Part shown: positions 22,972 to 34,734 of the stretch, piece by piece
How the letters are laid out: each line of letters begins with the position of its first letter
How positions within the stretch are numbered: position 1 is the stretch's first letter
NCBI RefSeq assembly: GCF_041146345.1
Contig: NW_027191409.1
Location: 1,798,001 to 1,862,000, forward strand
Direction of reading: 5' to 3'
Source: Neodothiora populina
Taxonomy: Eukaryota
DNA: 64,000 bases
The notes under the pieces: model-generated
What the model was told of the DNA's origin: nothing
Seen by the model: the letters and a program-made list of their open reading frames with translations, nothing else
Databases searched by the model: none
Translations under genes and position numbers: made by a program

Positions 22972-25855
22972 ATGAGTGCTTACGATACAACATCGACTTT
23001 GGGGAAGCGCAGCCATGAACAGGCGGATCTCTCTACCCCTGCCACAGATAGGCTGTTCCAATGCAGCGAGTGTGGCAAAAGCTATTCTCGTGTTGACCAT
23101 CTAGCCAGGTATGTTTCTATTGGTTACAAGAATTGGCCCCTGCATTCTCACAAGTCGACAGGCATGTCCGGCTCCATACCAAGGTACAGACATATAAAAA
23201 TCTTCTCAGGAAATGTCTCTCGGTAGGGACCTCAAATCTGACACTGATCAGGAGAAACCGTATTCTTGCGAGACCTGTGGGAAAGGGTTTGCCAGGGCGT
23301 AAGTATCATAGAGCGGTCCCCTTCCCCCCTGTCTCCATTTGAAAGGGCTCATAGTCATTCGTAGAGATCTTCTGAAGAGGCACGTGCTCGGTCATGACAC
23401 TAGGGGTGACCATGAGCAAGCTCGAAAGAAACGAACGCCTGTTTCTACGCGTGTAGCCAAAGCATGTGAAGCATGCGCGGATCTGCATCTCCGGTGCGAC
23501 GAGCACAAACCGTGCTCGAGATGTGAGAAGAAATCACTGAAGTGCATCTATGGCGGATCTCCCGTCCCAGGAAATGTGAAGGCTACTACTAACGACGGGA
23601 TGAGTGTGGTCGAAACCCAAGATGGTCTACCTGACGCAGTTGTACAAGAGAATACTGCGCCCGCTCTGACCGAGATGAGTTCTCTCCCTCCGATTGCTAT
23701 CAATACATATCCTGAGCAGCCTTACGACGTGCAAGACATGCACACTTCTGTCGACTCTGGCGGTGATGGCAATTTCAATTACGCTGCGCATACACCCTAC
23801 CCCTTCATAGATGCAGGAGGCGCTGATAATCCATGCGAAGCGGACGTCAATTTAATGGCAAGCTATCTGCAAAGTATCATGGGTCGAGGAGATCCGGACA
23901 TGACAGTGGCTCCAGGACAACTATCGGGGACCTGGACACCGAGGAATGTCTTCGACTTTGGTCAAGACACAAATTTAGAACTCAGCGATGTGGACCTTGG
24001 CTTCCTGAATATCTACAACCTCCAGAATCCATTCGCAGACTTCGTGCCAAGTCCAGATGCAACGCAATCTGTGCAAGGCTCGGCGGCCAGCAATCCGCCT
24101 TCAGCTCTTGCTGGCGAATCACTGCAACGCCGATCAACCTGGAGGTTCAGGCCTGTAGTGCAGGATAGCTCCGCCAGTGAACAGCAGAACCTGTCTCTTC
24201 CAACAGGAGAAGCGAACAAGAAGGTTCTGGTCGAACGCAGGATGACCGCCGAGCCCTTGTCGTACCACATGAGGGATCGGATACTTGCAATACTGATCTC
24301 CTCATGCCGTGGGTCAAGTGTTCCTAGATTTGTCCTCTGTTTTCCCTCTCTTGAGCTTCTTGATAGCCTTCTTCAGTTCTATCTTGCATCGAAGGTTGCC
24401 ACTTTCAGTGGTCTTGTTCATCTCCCAACCTTAAGTCTACCAGATCTGCGTCCGGACTTGGTAGCGGCTATGATCGCTGCTGGAGCGACACTAACTCCAG
24501 ATGCTTCCTTGCAAAAAATTGGCTTCGCTATACAAGAGGCTCTGCGGGTCGCAGTACCCGAGCTTGTGGAAGCAAACAATACCTTGATCGCAGATCTACA
24601 ATGTCTGCAGTGTATGGTAATTTGTCTTGGAATAGGGTTGTGGAGTGGCAACTCACGCAAGATGGAACTATCCGAGAGCTTCTTGCAACCTTATCTGACA
24701 ATGATCAGGCGTCGCGGCTGGTTCCTTCGCAGTGCGTATCCTGACATCACGCCTTTGTCTTCAGACGAAGGATCTCGTCTTGAGGAAAAATGGTCTGCCT
24801 GGGTCAGTCAAGAGTCCAGGAAACGCCTTGTATTCTCTTTCTATCTCCACGCTGTGAGGCAGTCGATATCTCTTTTCACCAATCCATTGATATCTTACGC
24901 AGAAATGGGACTTCCATTGCCAGCAGTCTCGGACCTTTGGCTGGCACCTTCTGCTTCGCAATGGAAGGTGAAGCTCCTATCCACTTCCGATGCCACACCT
25001 TCTCTTGTGGATGTGCTTCATGATGTCGACATCCTCGCAGATTCAGGCACTCGATTCAGCACTGTGCTATCAAGCGAACTAATCCTCGGCTCGGCTTGGG
25101 GGCTGGTCTGGGAGTATAGGCAGATATGCTCTGTCATGAGAGGCAAACACACTCAGTGGAGCACTTCCAGCTTAGTTTTGTCCTCGAGACTTACAGAACT
25201 CAGTAAGCTTTTGGAATGCATCCGGATCAGTGCTCCTACAGATCCGAAAACCACACTGTTTGTGGAGCTGCTCCTCATGCACCTTTATGTTCCGCTCGAA
25301 GAAGTACACCTGTTCGCTGGCGCCGAAGGCTATGAAGAAGCACGGAGAGTATTCCCACAGCTAGAAGACTGGGCGAAAACTTCGGCATCCCGCGAGGCTG
25401 TGTTTCATGCCGCTCAGCTTGTCTCAGCAGCTCGCAATATGGGTCAGGGTTGTCTACGCGACTTTTGGGCCATCGCGGTTTATCAGGCCGCTCTCACGAT
25501 GTGGACATACGGCGTCATAACGAGCTCTGGAGACAGCGACCCGGATGGTAACGCCCGTAGCATCGCGACACCAACATCAGCACCGAAACGTGCGGATAGT
25601 ATCGCTGTGTTGGATTCAAATGGCAGCAGTGGTAGTCAGCGATTCATTGCAATGAATCGTGGTCAAGGGGCAATAACTGGATATTCAAATAACGAAAGGA
25701 AGGGCATGGTCCTGTTGTCCGATCCATCGGCGATCATGAAGGCACTGGTCGAGCTCCTTGAAGCCAATCACAAGATGCAGCACTTGTTACCGCCGCTGGT
25801 AACTAATCTGGCATCATTAATGAACGGGCTACAGGTAGCCGTAGCTGATCAATAA
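22972..25855 (+). CDS. Transcription factor with two C2H2 fingers, a Zn(II)2Cys6 cluster and a fungal TF middle homology region
   Basis: [49 protein letters not shown] (spliced, includes a 22-nt exon at 23162-23183), then CEACADLHLRCDEHKPCSRCEKKSLKC; W..QESRKRL, LPLP...LW.A. Confidence 0.92.
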
Positions 25856-26134
25856 GTAACACCGACATGAGAACAAAGTGGTATAAAGAGAAGCACCACT
25901 CCATCATGTCTATAAAAAGAATCCGACATCTCAGATGCTTGAAGCTCTCAAAATTGAGATCACTCCTGGTTTTGCCAAGATAGAAGCTACTGCCGAGTGA
26001 TGTGTATTATCTCGGTATTTCAATCAACGTGTTATGTGTTGCAGATATATATCAAAGTCAATATCATCTCCCATATACCGCATCTCACAAAACAACCCTA
26101 AACACTCATGCATGAATTCTTCTACTTAACCCTA

Positions 26135-28026
26135 CTACGCCTTGGGAGGCACGATGGGCAGAGTTACATAATTCGAAAACTTGTCTCCGAAATGGATGTG
26201 GTTCGTCCCCCGTAACTTGTCCGGCGATCTAGAAGGATGATTAGTCACAACATTTTCGTGTAGCTGATGATCTAGTATGACTCACCGATCGGTAGCATCA
26301 TGGTGTCCGAAGATGCCCGAGCCTTGAGTGTCACCACTCGACACCTCGAATACGATCTTGCCGCCTTTCTCAACAACGACATTCGTGGGCCAGATCTCAA
26401 TGTCTACAAGATAAATCTCGCCGGGCAACACGGGCAGAACATCAGTGCTGAGATATTCTCTCCAGGGAAGATAAGGCCTGTGCTTGTAATGCTCCGGGTT
26501 AGTCTTGCGCATGGATACACGCAGCCATCCCTTCACCAACGGAACGGGGTCTCCGGCAGTGCCTGTGTAGAAGACTTCTGTTCCGGCGGGCGAGATGTGG
26601 CGAAGTGTGACGAAAAGATCGATGTCTGTGGGCGTGGGTCCTGTTGTGTCCTGGGTCAAGGATACGTTGAGATGTGCAGTGACGTGTCCAGTGATCTCGG
26701 TTTCTTCTGTAAAGGCCGGAGTGGTGAACTGAATGAGTTCGGGCTTTTCCACAGTTCCAAGGGCGCGGTAGCCCAGTTTTGCTTTTCCGACAGGTGGTTC
26801 GGTGACCAGTTCATTTTTCGGGGTAAGGTAGTAGTTTTTGTACTGGGTGCGAGCGATCGGCCATTCACTCTCTGTGCGGCGCGGGTATTGCTTCTCGGCG
26901 TCGGCGTCGTTGAAGCCGACGTCGCCCTTTCGCAGTACCATATCTACCATAGGTAGCTTGCCCTTCTGAGACCAGCCAAGAGTGTCCTCGCCTTTGAGGA
27001 ACGCATCCAGAAAGCTCTTCTGGACCTCGACCTCTTCGTCGTAGTAGAATGGCAGGTCATGACGCCCAGTGATACACCTGAGGTATTTGAACTCGGATCC
27101 AGCGTGTGTGAAACCTTCGATGTTGCCTCGGAGATGAAGTAGAATGCCTCCCCAGTTGGCAACGGAGAGTAAAGGCACCTTAATGTCTCCCATGTCGTAC
27201 TCCTTCGAGGCATAGTATGCGTCATCTCTGAACCGATTCACGACGTTGTCCTGTGTCTGGTCCTGAAGGTTGGCTTTTCGCTCTTCCTCGGAGAGATCTC
27301 CTTCGATGGTATCAGGGCCCCAATTGCTCGCTGATCGGCCAGGACGGCCATACTGGTTTGTGATTACTTGGCGATTCCACCAGAACTTGATGAATTGGTT
27401 GGAAAGAATGCCGCCGTGACGACATCTGTCGCGGTAGTAGTCTGACATACCCTCCCAAGGGACCATGGCAGCCAAGCCTTTGGGGTTTCTCGCAGCCACT
27501 CGCCACTGAGAACCAGCATAGTAGCTGATACCAAGGAGTCCGACTTTCCCAGTCGACCAGGCTTGCTCGGCACACCACTCGACGACATCGAAGAAGGCTT
27601 CGGAAGTTCCACGGGACATGGTGTCGAGAACACCGGGTGACTGACCAAGGCCTCGTTCATCTGCACGCACAACTGCATAACCGTGCGAAGTCCAGAACTT
27701 TGGATCTGGGGTCTCCCACGCGGAATGCTCGCTCTTGTGCTTCGGGTTGACTTCCTCATAACTCTTTGGATGGAACAGCGAGTATGGGATATCCTTGCCG
27801 TAACTAAGAGTCGTCAGGACTATTGTAAATTATGCTCGTCTGTCTCTACTCACGGTCCATAGGTTACAAGCACAGGAACCTTGGTTGAATCCGATGTTTT
27901 CGGTCGATATACATTCACGCGGACAAGTCCTTCGCTTGATTTGAGTTGGACAGTAGCATTTTCCTCGTAGATATAAGGAAAACTGTCCTTGTCGACCTTG
28001 TGGAGGTCAAGCGTCTTGTTAGGCAT
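26135..28026 (-). CDS. CocE/NonD family (peptidase S15-like) alpha/beta hydrolase, no signal peptide
   Basis: NVYRP, PVLVTYGPYGKD, WETPDP, D.RG.G.SPG, nucleophile elbow GISYYA, GRHDLP, EWPIART and a C-terminal PepX-like domain; two introns. Confidence 0.92.
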
Positions 28027-28230
28027 GCTGGCTGTATGGGAGTACGATAGGTCTCGATTCTTTGGATCCAGTCAACAATCTTGCTCAGCGAGGATCCGTG
28101 GGGGTTTTGTTTAACATTCGGATCTATTTTACCCGGCTCTGACCACCTTTCCCACTTGCGGAGTTTGAGGTGATTGAGGTGATTATGCCTGGTCGGCCCA
28201 CCATGGTGGAGTGCGGAGTCGCGGGGAGGC

Positions 28231-28243
28231 CCTCCACATCCCG
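28231..28243 (+). promoter_or_regulatory. Cluster promoter motif CCTCCACATCCCG (copy 1, hydrolase/cupin promoter)
   Basis: Exact 13-mer, preceded by GCGGGG-N4. Confidence 0.75.
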
Positions 28244-28465
28244 AAGTCAACGACCCACATCGTTTTGGCCGTTGGCCGAGGACAACGCATGTGAATCATG
28301 ATGGCAGTACGTCTGGTCCTACTTCTAGCTACATCTCTCACGTCTACCAGTTGGGACTTGACTGTTTCTGTAAACACTTTCTGAGAGGCGACTTGTTGAA
28401 CCTGAACGCGAACCATTTCCAAACCCACCTCAACTACTCGTCATACCAAAATAGATCGCATAACC

Positions 28466-29064
28466 ATGCCTTCACCACTCCCAAACTTTCAGCGACTGAT
28501 CACTGGCCACAGCAAGGATGGAAAATCAATCCTTGTAGCAGATGAACAAGCGCCATGGGACGATAATGTCGAAGGAGGCAATGCCGCCTTCTCGTTGGCA
28601 TACACAACTTCGTCTACCCCAGTCGATATGAATGCCGACAATGATTTGAGCAAGTACCGAGATTATCTGGTTAAACCACCAGGACTTGTTGAGAAAGGTG
28701 GGTCAGTCTTGAGATTCGTGGTATGTAATGAATTATATCCAGCAATGATAAGATGAATTGCTGATCGTCGACAAAGGACATGGCACCTGGTATCATATCA
28801 CCCATGCACCGAACAGTATCCATCGACTATGGCATTGTTATACTCGGACGAGTCGAGCTTGTTCTTGATAGCGGGGAGACTAAAGTCATGGAACCCGGAG
28901 ATGTATGCGTCCAACGTGGAACGATGCATGCTTGGAGGAATGCGTCACAAACCGAATGGGCCAGGATGATGTATGTCCTACAGCCTTCATTGCCTGTTGA
29001 GATCGAGGGAAAGCCTTTGGAGGAGGAACTGAGTCACATGAAAGGAGTCAGAAAGTCGTCGTAG
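28466..29064 (+). CDS. Cupin-2 domain protein
   Basis: R.ITGH..DGKS, intron 28721-28776, SPMHRT.SIDYGIV, GD.CVQRGTMHAWRN.S..EWARM. Confidence 0.9.
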
Positions 29065-29247
29065 TTCCAATATACAGCAGTACACATATGTAAGCATTTT
29101 GAGTTGGAAAGCATTTTCATAAAACTTTTAACCACATCTGCACCGTAGCATTTCATTCATGTCAAGTTTAGAGATTGTCAGGTACAATTCGGAATAGAAA
29201 TTACTACAAGAGACCCAGTGCAACAAAGACTCACTCCATCCTCGCAA

Positions 29248-29683
29248 CTAGTACTCTCCTCCTTTCTTCCATTGAAAAAAAGTATCGTTGAATTTCCCTC
29301 CGGTAGCTCTCCACATCCTATTGGCGGCCTGAAATATGTTAGACTGCTGTAGCAGCGAGTTGCAGGACGGGAGATGTAAGCATAGAACTCACCGATACGA
29401 CTCGAATACCATTGAACATATTCCAAAGGAAAGCTCGCTCAATGTTGTTCTGATAGACGCTCCTGTATTGTACGTCCAGGTCGTAGTCTATAGGTCGGTG
29501 ATCAGGAACGCGGCGATAGCCACTCTCCCACGTCTCAGGGTTGTTTCCTGTGCCTGTCGGTGCTGCACGAGGATTGAGATCGTGTGTAGCGTCTTCCACT
29601 TCAGCGCTGTGATGAATGTCGTAGTCTGCTAGTGTACGCGCGAACGCGTAGGTGGTCTGATTTTCGGTGACTGTTACAGACAT
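29248..29683 (-). CDS. Small protein of unknown function (123 aa)
   Basis: Exons 29683-29393 and 29328-29248; intron GTGAGT..CTAAC..CAG; divergent from the ALDH-like gene. Confidence 0.75.
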
Positions 29684-29914
29684 GTTGAGGTTAATGGGTC
29701 GTGGAAATGGGTTTGATGGCAATACAAACAATCGAAGTTGTCGTTTGGAATACAAGAGTACGATGTGCTATAGGAGGATCAACCCCGAGACCACTTGAAC
29801 AATACCAGTGATTACTATTCGCACCTCCCCACGCTGTGAACGTAAGCTGAGCATGTTTGAGCGGAACCCCACTTTCTCCTCCACCACTAGGAAAGTGTAT
29901 TTTGGGGGATGGCA

Positions 29915-29927
29915 CGGGATGTGGAGG
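29915..29927 (-). promoter_or_regulatory. Cluster promoter motif CCTCCACATCCCG (copy 2)
   Basis: CGGGATGTGGAGG on the + strand between the small-protein and ALDH-like genes. Confidence 0.75.
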
Positions 29928-30081
29928 ATCTCCAAATCTCCCCAAATCGTCTCCTCGGACCTTGGTATCAATTGTGATATGGTGAGTGCCCTAGTGATAA
30001 ACTTGTGTATTATTCTCGTTCGTGGCCGCTGATTGCAAACACCCGGGTTTCCTGCCAGCGACACATACGACGACGACATTA

Positions 30082-31774
30082 ATGGCTGGACAACAGATTG
30101 AGAATATCCGAGCGGCAGCTGTCGATGGCCGAACACGCAATGTGATCTATCGTCGAAGTCAGCTTGGGAAACTCCAAGCAGCACTCTCGCAAGAAGCCGA
30201 GACCATGATATCTGCCATAGCACAAGATACAGGATGCACCATGCTAGAGAGTCGAGTCGAGTATTACTTGACCATGCTTCAAGTCAAAGACCGTTACCTT
30301 GAGCTTGATCCTGCTGGAGAACTCGTGATGGAATACTCCATCGCCGAAGGTAGAGATGCCTCAGAATCACGGGAGGGTGTTGGGATCGTCCTCATCTCCG
30401 CAGTTGTGGACCACAGTCCTTTTTTCTCGGTGGTCGCGCCGCTTAGCGCAGCGATTGCAGCTGGAAATTGTGTCATACTACAGGTGGGATGTCCATTTGG
30501 CAAGAATTGAATTTCACCGACTGACAGCCAATCAGGTTGAGAACACTGTTCGCAGCCTGCCGAATGCTTTGAGAAAAGCATTGCGAGTGCTGGACAATGA
30601 CACTTTCGGCATCATTCAGCAGCCTTTGGCGGATGCAGACAAATCTGCAATAAGTCTCGAAGTGGTCCAAAGCAGTCAAGTCACATCGAATTCGAGAACG
30701 GATCAAATTGTATCTGGCCAGAATCGAAGAACAGTTGCCGTTGTCGACAGGACTGCGGATATGGAGAAGGCAGCAGAAGCTCTGCTATTTGCTCGCTTCG
30801 GCTACTGCGGACAATCTCCCTATGCGCCGGATATCGTACTGGTGAACGAGTTTATCAAAGAAGACTTCTTGCAGACACTAGTCAAGAAGTATTCTCACTT
30901 GGACCAAGATCCCATGCCGGGCTACCAAAAGTCGGAAAAATCTGGAAGCAAAGACACGAAGCTTGAAAAGTCCATTGCCGATTTGCAACGGAACGGCAAC
31001 GTCAAGCTTGTCAACCAAGCTGCCAGAGGAGCTATCCTAGACATCAAAAACAGGTCAGCCGAGTGTTCCCTATCGTAAAGTATCAGTGCTAACCATCCGA
31101 GCAGAGGTTCTCAAACATTCTTGAAGAAGATTAGAGCACCCTGCATGGTCGTTCATGGTTTCAAAAGTCTCGATGACGCGATCGATGTCTTGAACAGGTC
31201 AGTTTTTCTCATCAGTCAGACATGGTGATAGCAATGACTAAACAAGCGATAGCGACGGCCAAGAGAATCTGGCTGCCTACCACTGGGGATCGGCAGGACA
31301 ATGCAGATATCTGAGTCAATTCATTTCGGCTCGAGTCACGTTCGTGAACCACATACCCGCAGACCTTCTAGGTAAGTACGAGACACACCTCGAGTAACTG
31401 CTCAGCAACTGACTATGCATTCCGAAGTTGGTCCTGCATTCCCGGATAATGCCATGATAGATGCATCTGTCAGATTTCCAACGTCCCTGTTCTCAAAGCC
31501 AACGCCAGCTTTTGTCACGCAATCGACCAGGGCTACAGTAGTCGCCGATGCTCTAATGGCACCATCCACATCGGAGAGAAGATTGCTGCTGGAAAGATTG
31601 AGGGATGAGGCGATGAAAGAGCTGCCCGACTACAAGAGGAAGCAAAAGTCGCGTGCGGCATTTGGATTCTTCGAACAAGCCATGCTTATCAATCTGGGCC
31701 TTGTGCTTCTGTCGACAGTCACAGTGGTAAGCGGGGGTGTCTATGGGTTCAAACATGGATGGCTGCGACGATGA
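30082..31774 (+). CDS. ALDH3/fatty-aldehyde-dehydrogenase-like protein lacking catalytic motifs, with C-terminal membrane anchor
   Basis: R..QL.KL, GVGIVLI, PLSAAIAAGNCVILQ, GQSPYAPDIVLV, SLDDAID; five exons with an open frame; hydrophobic C-terminus. Confidence 0.85.
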
Positions 31775-32010
31775 AGAAGAAGCTTGATCTGCAGCCTAGT
31801 GTAATCAATAAATTACAAAATACCATGTTCTATGTTCCATGTTCTATATTCGCTCAGCATTCGTTACACTATATTTTTCACCTAAATTTGAAATTATCAA
31901 CCCAGTTTGATGATAAGAAAGTAATGGTAATCATATCGAGATGTTCTCTATAGAAAGACCTGCTGTAAAGAAGCACTGGTTACAATTTCGTATGAAGAAT
32001 ACTATGTAAT

Positions 32011-34347
32011 CTACTCGATCCTCCTTGCGCTACTGACATCTCCGACCATTGGCACTTCCTTCACAGACGCTTCCAAAATCTCGTAAATTGGAACTTTGCT
32101 CCACTCATCCGCGATATGATGCAGTGTCGGCAAGGTCTCCCAGCTGCCTGGGGTACATCTGATGCTTGCAGACGTCGATAGCAGATCCTCAGATGTCTTA
32201 TTTTGCGGTTTATCATTTTGTGCAGTATCGTCCGATCCGGCAGGCTTGGTGTTGGGTTTGTCGAATTCTGCAAACACGGCATACTCGGCATCAGCGACAC
32301 CTGGCTGACCCACCGCAGGTACATATCGGTACATAAGAGTGCCCTTGTCAGTGTTGGCTTTCGGAGCTTTCGAATTTGCACTTCCATCATCTTGGTCCGC
32401 GTTACGTGTTCGAGGTTGTAGATCATTCAGTTCCAGCTCGACGAATGGACTTCCTCGCCAGCTTAATTTGACGGACCTCGATGTGTCGGAAGTCGAGATA
32501 TCGATCGTGCACCAGAGCTTCGGAGCAGCAAGCTCTTCTCTTCCAGTGATAATCGGATCTGCCAGATCCTCGAACAAGATTGGTAAGAACGTGCCTGTGA
32601 GTACCTCGCCATCCTTCTTCTTGTATTGAACGCCATGTATATACAGACCGCAATGGTTATAGCCGCCGTCTCCAAGCCATACCATATTGCGTAGAGTACA
32701 GCAGGCGATGCTTGCTTCCGCAAAAGTGCCTGGTGAAATGAATGAGAATTGATCGGTTGGCAAAAGGTTCTGCAAGAATGTTCGCGAGGTCTTGAAACGT
32801 ATCGACGTGACTGTCTGATTTTGAGCAGCATATGAGTGCTGGCTCAAGTCCCTGTTCAACGGCTGACGGGGACCTGGGGATGGACCAAATGAGATGGGTT
32901 GGCGATAACGAAGCGCAGTGCGTGTATTCAGATACTTCTTCAGTGCATGAGTTGAATGATCCCACTCGTCATGTCCGAAGTTGTAGTTGGTGAATGTCAT
33001 AGCTGAGAAAAAGATTAGCACTTGTCGGTGAAAGTACAACATAAAATCAACTTACGATCATATGTCAGTCCCCGCTTGGCTAACTCCGCCGGACTCATAC
33101 CGCTACGTCGGGTAGCTTCCTGGATGTGGTCGGCCCTTTCTTTACGACAACTCTCATAGAGTCTCAATCGTTCAGAAATGGCCTCCTTGGGGGTGCCCAG
33201 AGGAAGTAATGCAGCGAGTGACACGGCGTCCTCCATTGCTTGACCTCCACCCTGCGCTTGATGAGGCAGGAATGGATGGGCAGCATCACCCAACAAAGCC
33301 ATGCGCCCAGTGACCCATGTGTCCAGGACATCCATGTCCAAGAGCGTCCATACTTTCAGCGATTCTTCAGGAGCCTTCTCCAACAAGGCCCGGACCTGAG
33401 GTGCAAAACAAGATCCGATCTCGAGCATTCGTGCCTTGTTGCCTGCTTGGTTCCAGCCTTCCTCAGGACTATTTGATCGTGATTCATGGCTCGGATGTAT
33501 CAGGAGGAAGTTGATCAACGTGTTGTTGACACACGGGTATACTACTACGCGCCGATCATCGGCAAGGATCATGCATAGTAACCCTTCAGTTTCCACAAAT
33601 TCCTTACACTGAGGATCCTTCATGATTTCCTCCTTTGGCACAAGAAATCTATACGCACTGTGGCCGGAGTCTCGCGGCCTGAATTTCTTACTCTCGGGAA
33701 GGTATTTACGACAGATAGACTGCCATATGAGTCAGAATGATGGTTAGTGATGGCTTGGGACGGAGGACTTACATGTACACCATCTGCTCCGAGGACCAAG
33801 TCTCCGCGAACCGTCTCGCCATCTGCAAGCGAGACCTCGGCCTTGGAGGGGTTTACAGACTCAACTCGACTGGCCAGTCGAAGTACTGCAGGCTTGCCTT
33901 TACCTCCTTTGCTCACGACCTCTTCGCGAAGCATAGTGTGCAGATGTGCTCTGTGTACCAGATGCCATGGCTGTCAAGGTGAGTCAGTCACGATCGCCGA
34001 TCTTTGGTACATATACGTACATGTTGCCATATAGTGTTCATCGCCTTCAATGGTAATTGGAACGCCTTCTTTCCAGAACGACCATCGTACTGTGCGAGAC
34101 CGCACATCTCATTGCCTCCTATCGTTTCGAGATAGAGACCCATTCTTCGCAAGAGCCCATTAGCATTTGGGGCCATATGGATAGCTGCTCCGGTCTCATT
34201 GCTGAATCGAGATGTCTCTAGAAGAGTGACATCATGTCCCTGTTGTCGCAATGCAAGCGCAGCAGTCAGTCCGCCGATACCAGCGCCGACAATTACAATG
34301 GACAGAGGGGCTTCTGCCTCTGCTGTGATCCCGTTTGTGTGTGGCAT
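32011..34347 (-). CDS. Salicylate-hydroxylase-like FAD monooxygenase fused to an acetoacetate-decarboxylase-like (ADC) domain
   Basis: IVGAGIGGL, GADGVHS, LLGDAAHPFLPHQAQGGGQAMED. The last intron joins in frame to ...GREELAAPKLW... and LPTLHHI. Confidence 0.9.
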
Positions 34348-34533
34348 TTTGTTGTGCGAGTGCGAAATCTAGTCGATTGAGGGAAACAAAGGCGAAATGA
34401 TTGGTTTTGTTCTTACGCTCGCTTTCGTCAACTGGATCTGTGGAATGTGGAGTAAGTGATGTAAACCGTTCTTAATGGCGCGGAACTCTAACACAGCGAC
34501 AACTGGTGGGGGTGAGTGATTATGCGGGGGATT

Positions 34534-34546
34534 CCTCCACATCCCG
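34534..34546 (+). promoter_or_regulatory. Cluster promoter motif CCTCCACATCCCG (copy 3, monooxygenase/FAH promoter)
   Basis: Exact 13-mer, again preceded by GCGGGG-N4. Confidence 0.75.
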
Positions 34547-34734
34547 GCTGTGGCATTGCCGCTGTAGCCGACATATGGTAGGCATTTTGGTCTTCATCAG
34601 ACCTCGGGAACAAAGCGAACTTGAAATAGCATACTGTAGTAGTATGCTTTAGTCAATGCTCATAAAGACAGGTTTTTAAGTTCTTCTGCATAAAATCGAT
34701 ATCCTGAATATCAGTCATTTAGATATCGCCCAAG

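Noticed and set aside
26300..26956. 218-aa ORF antisense to the CocE hydrolase
   Set aside because: Shadow ORF.
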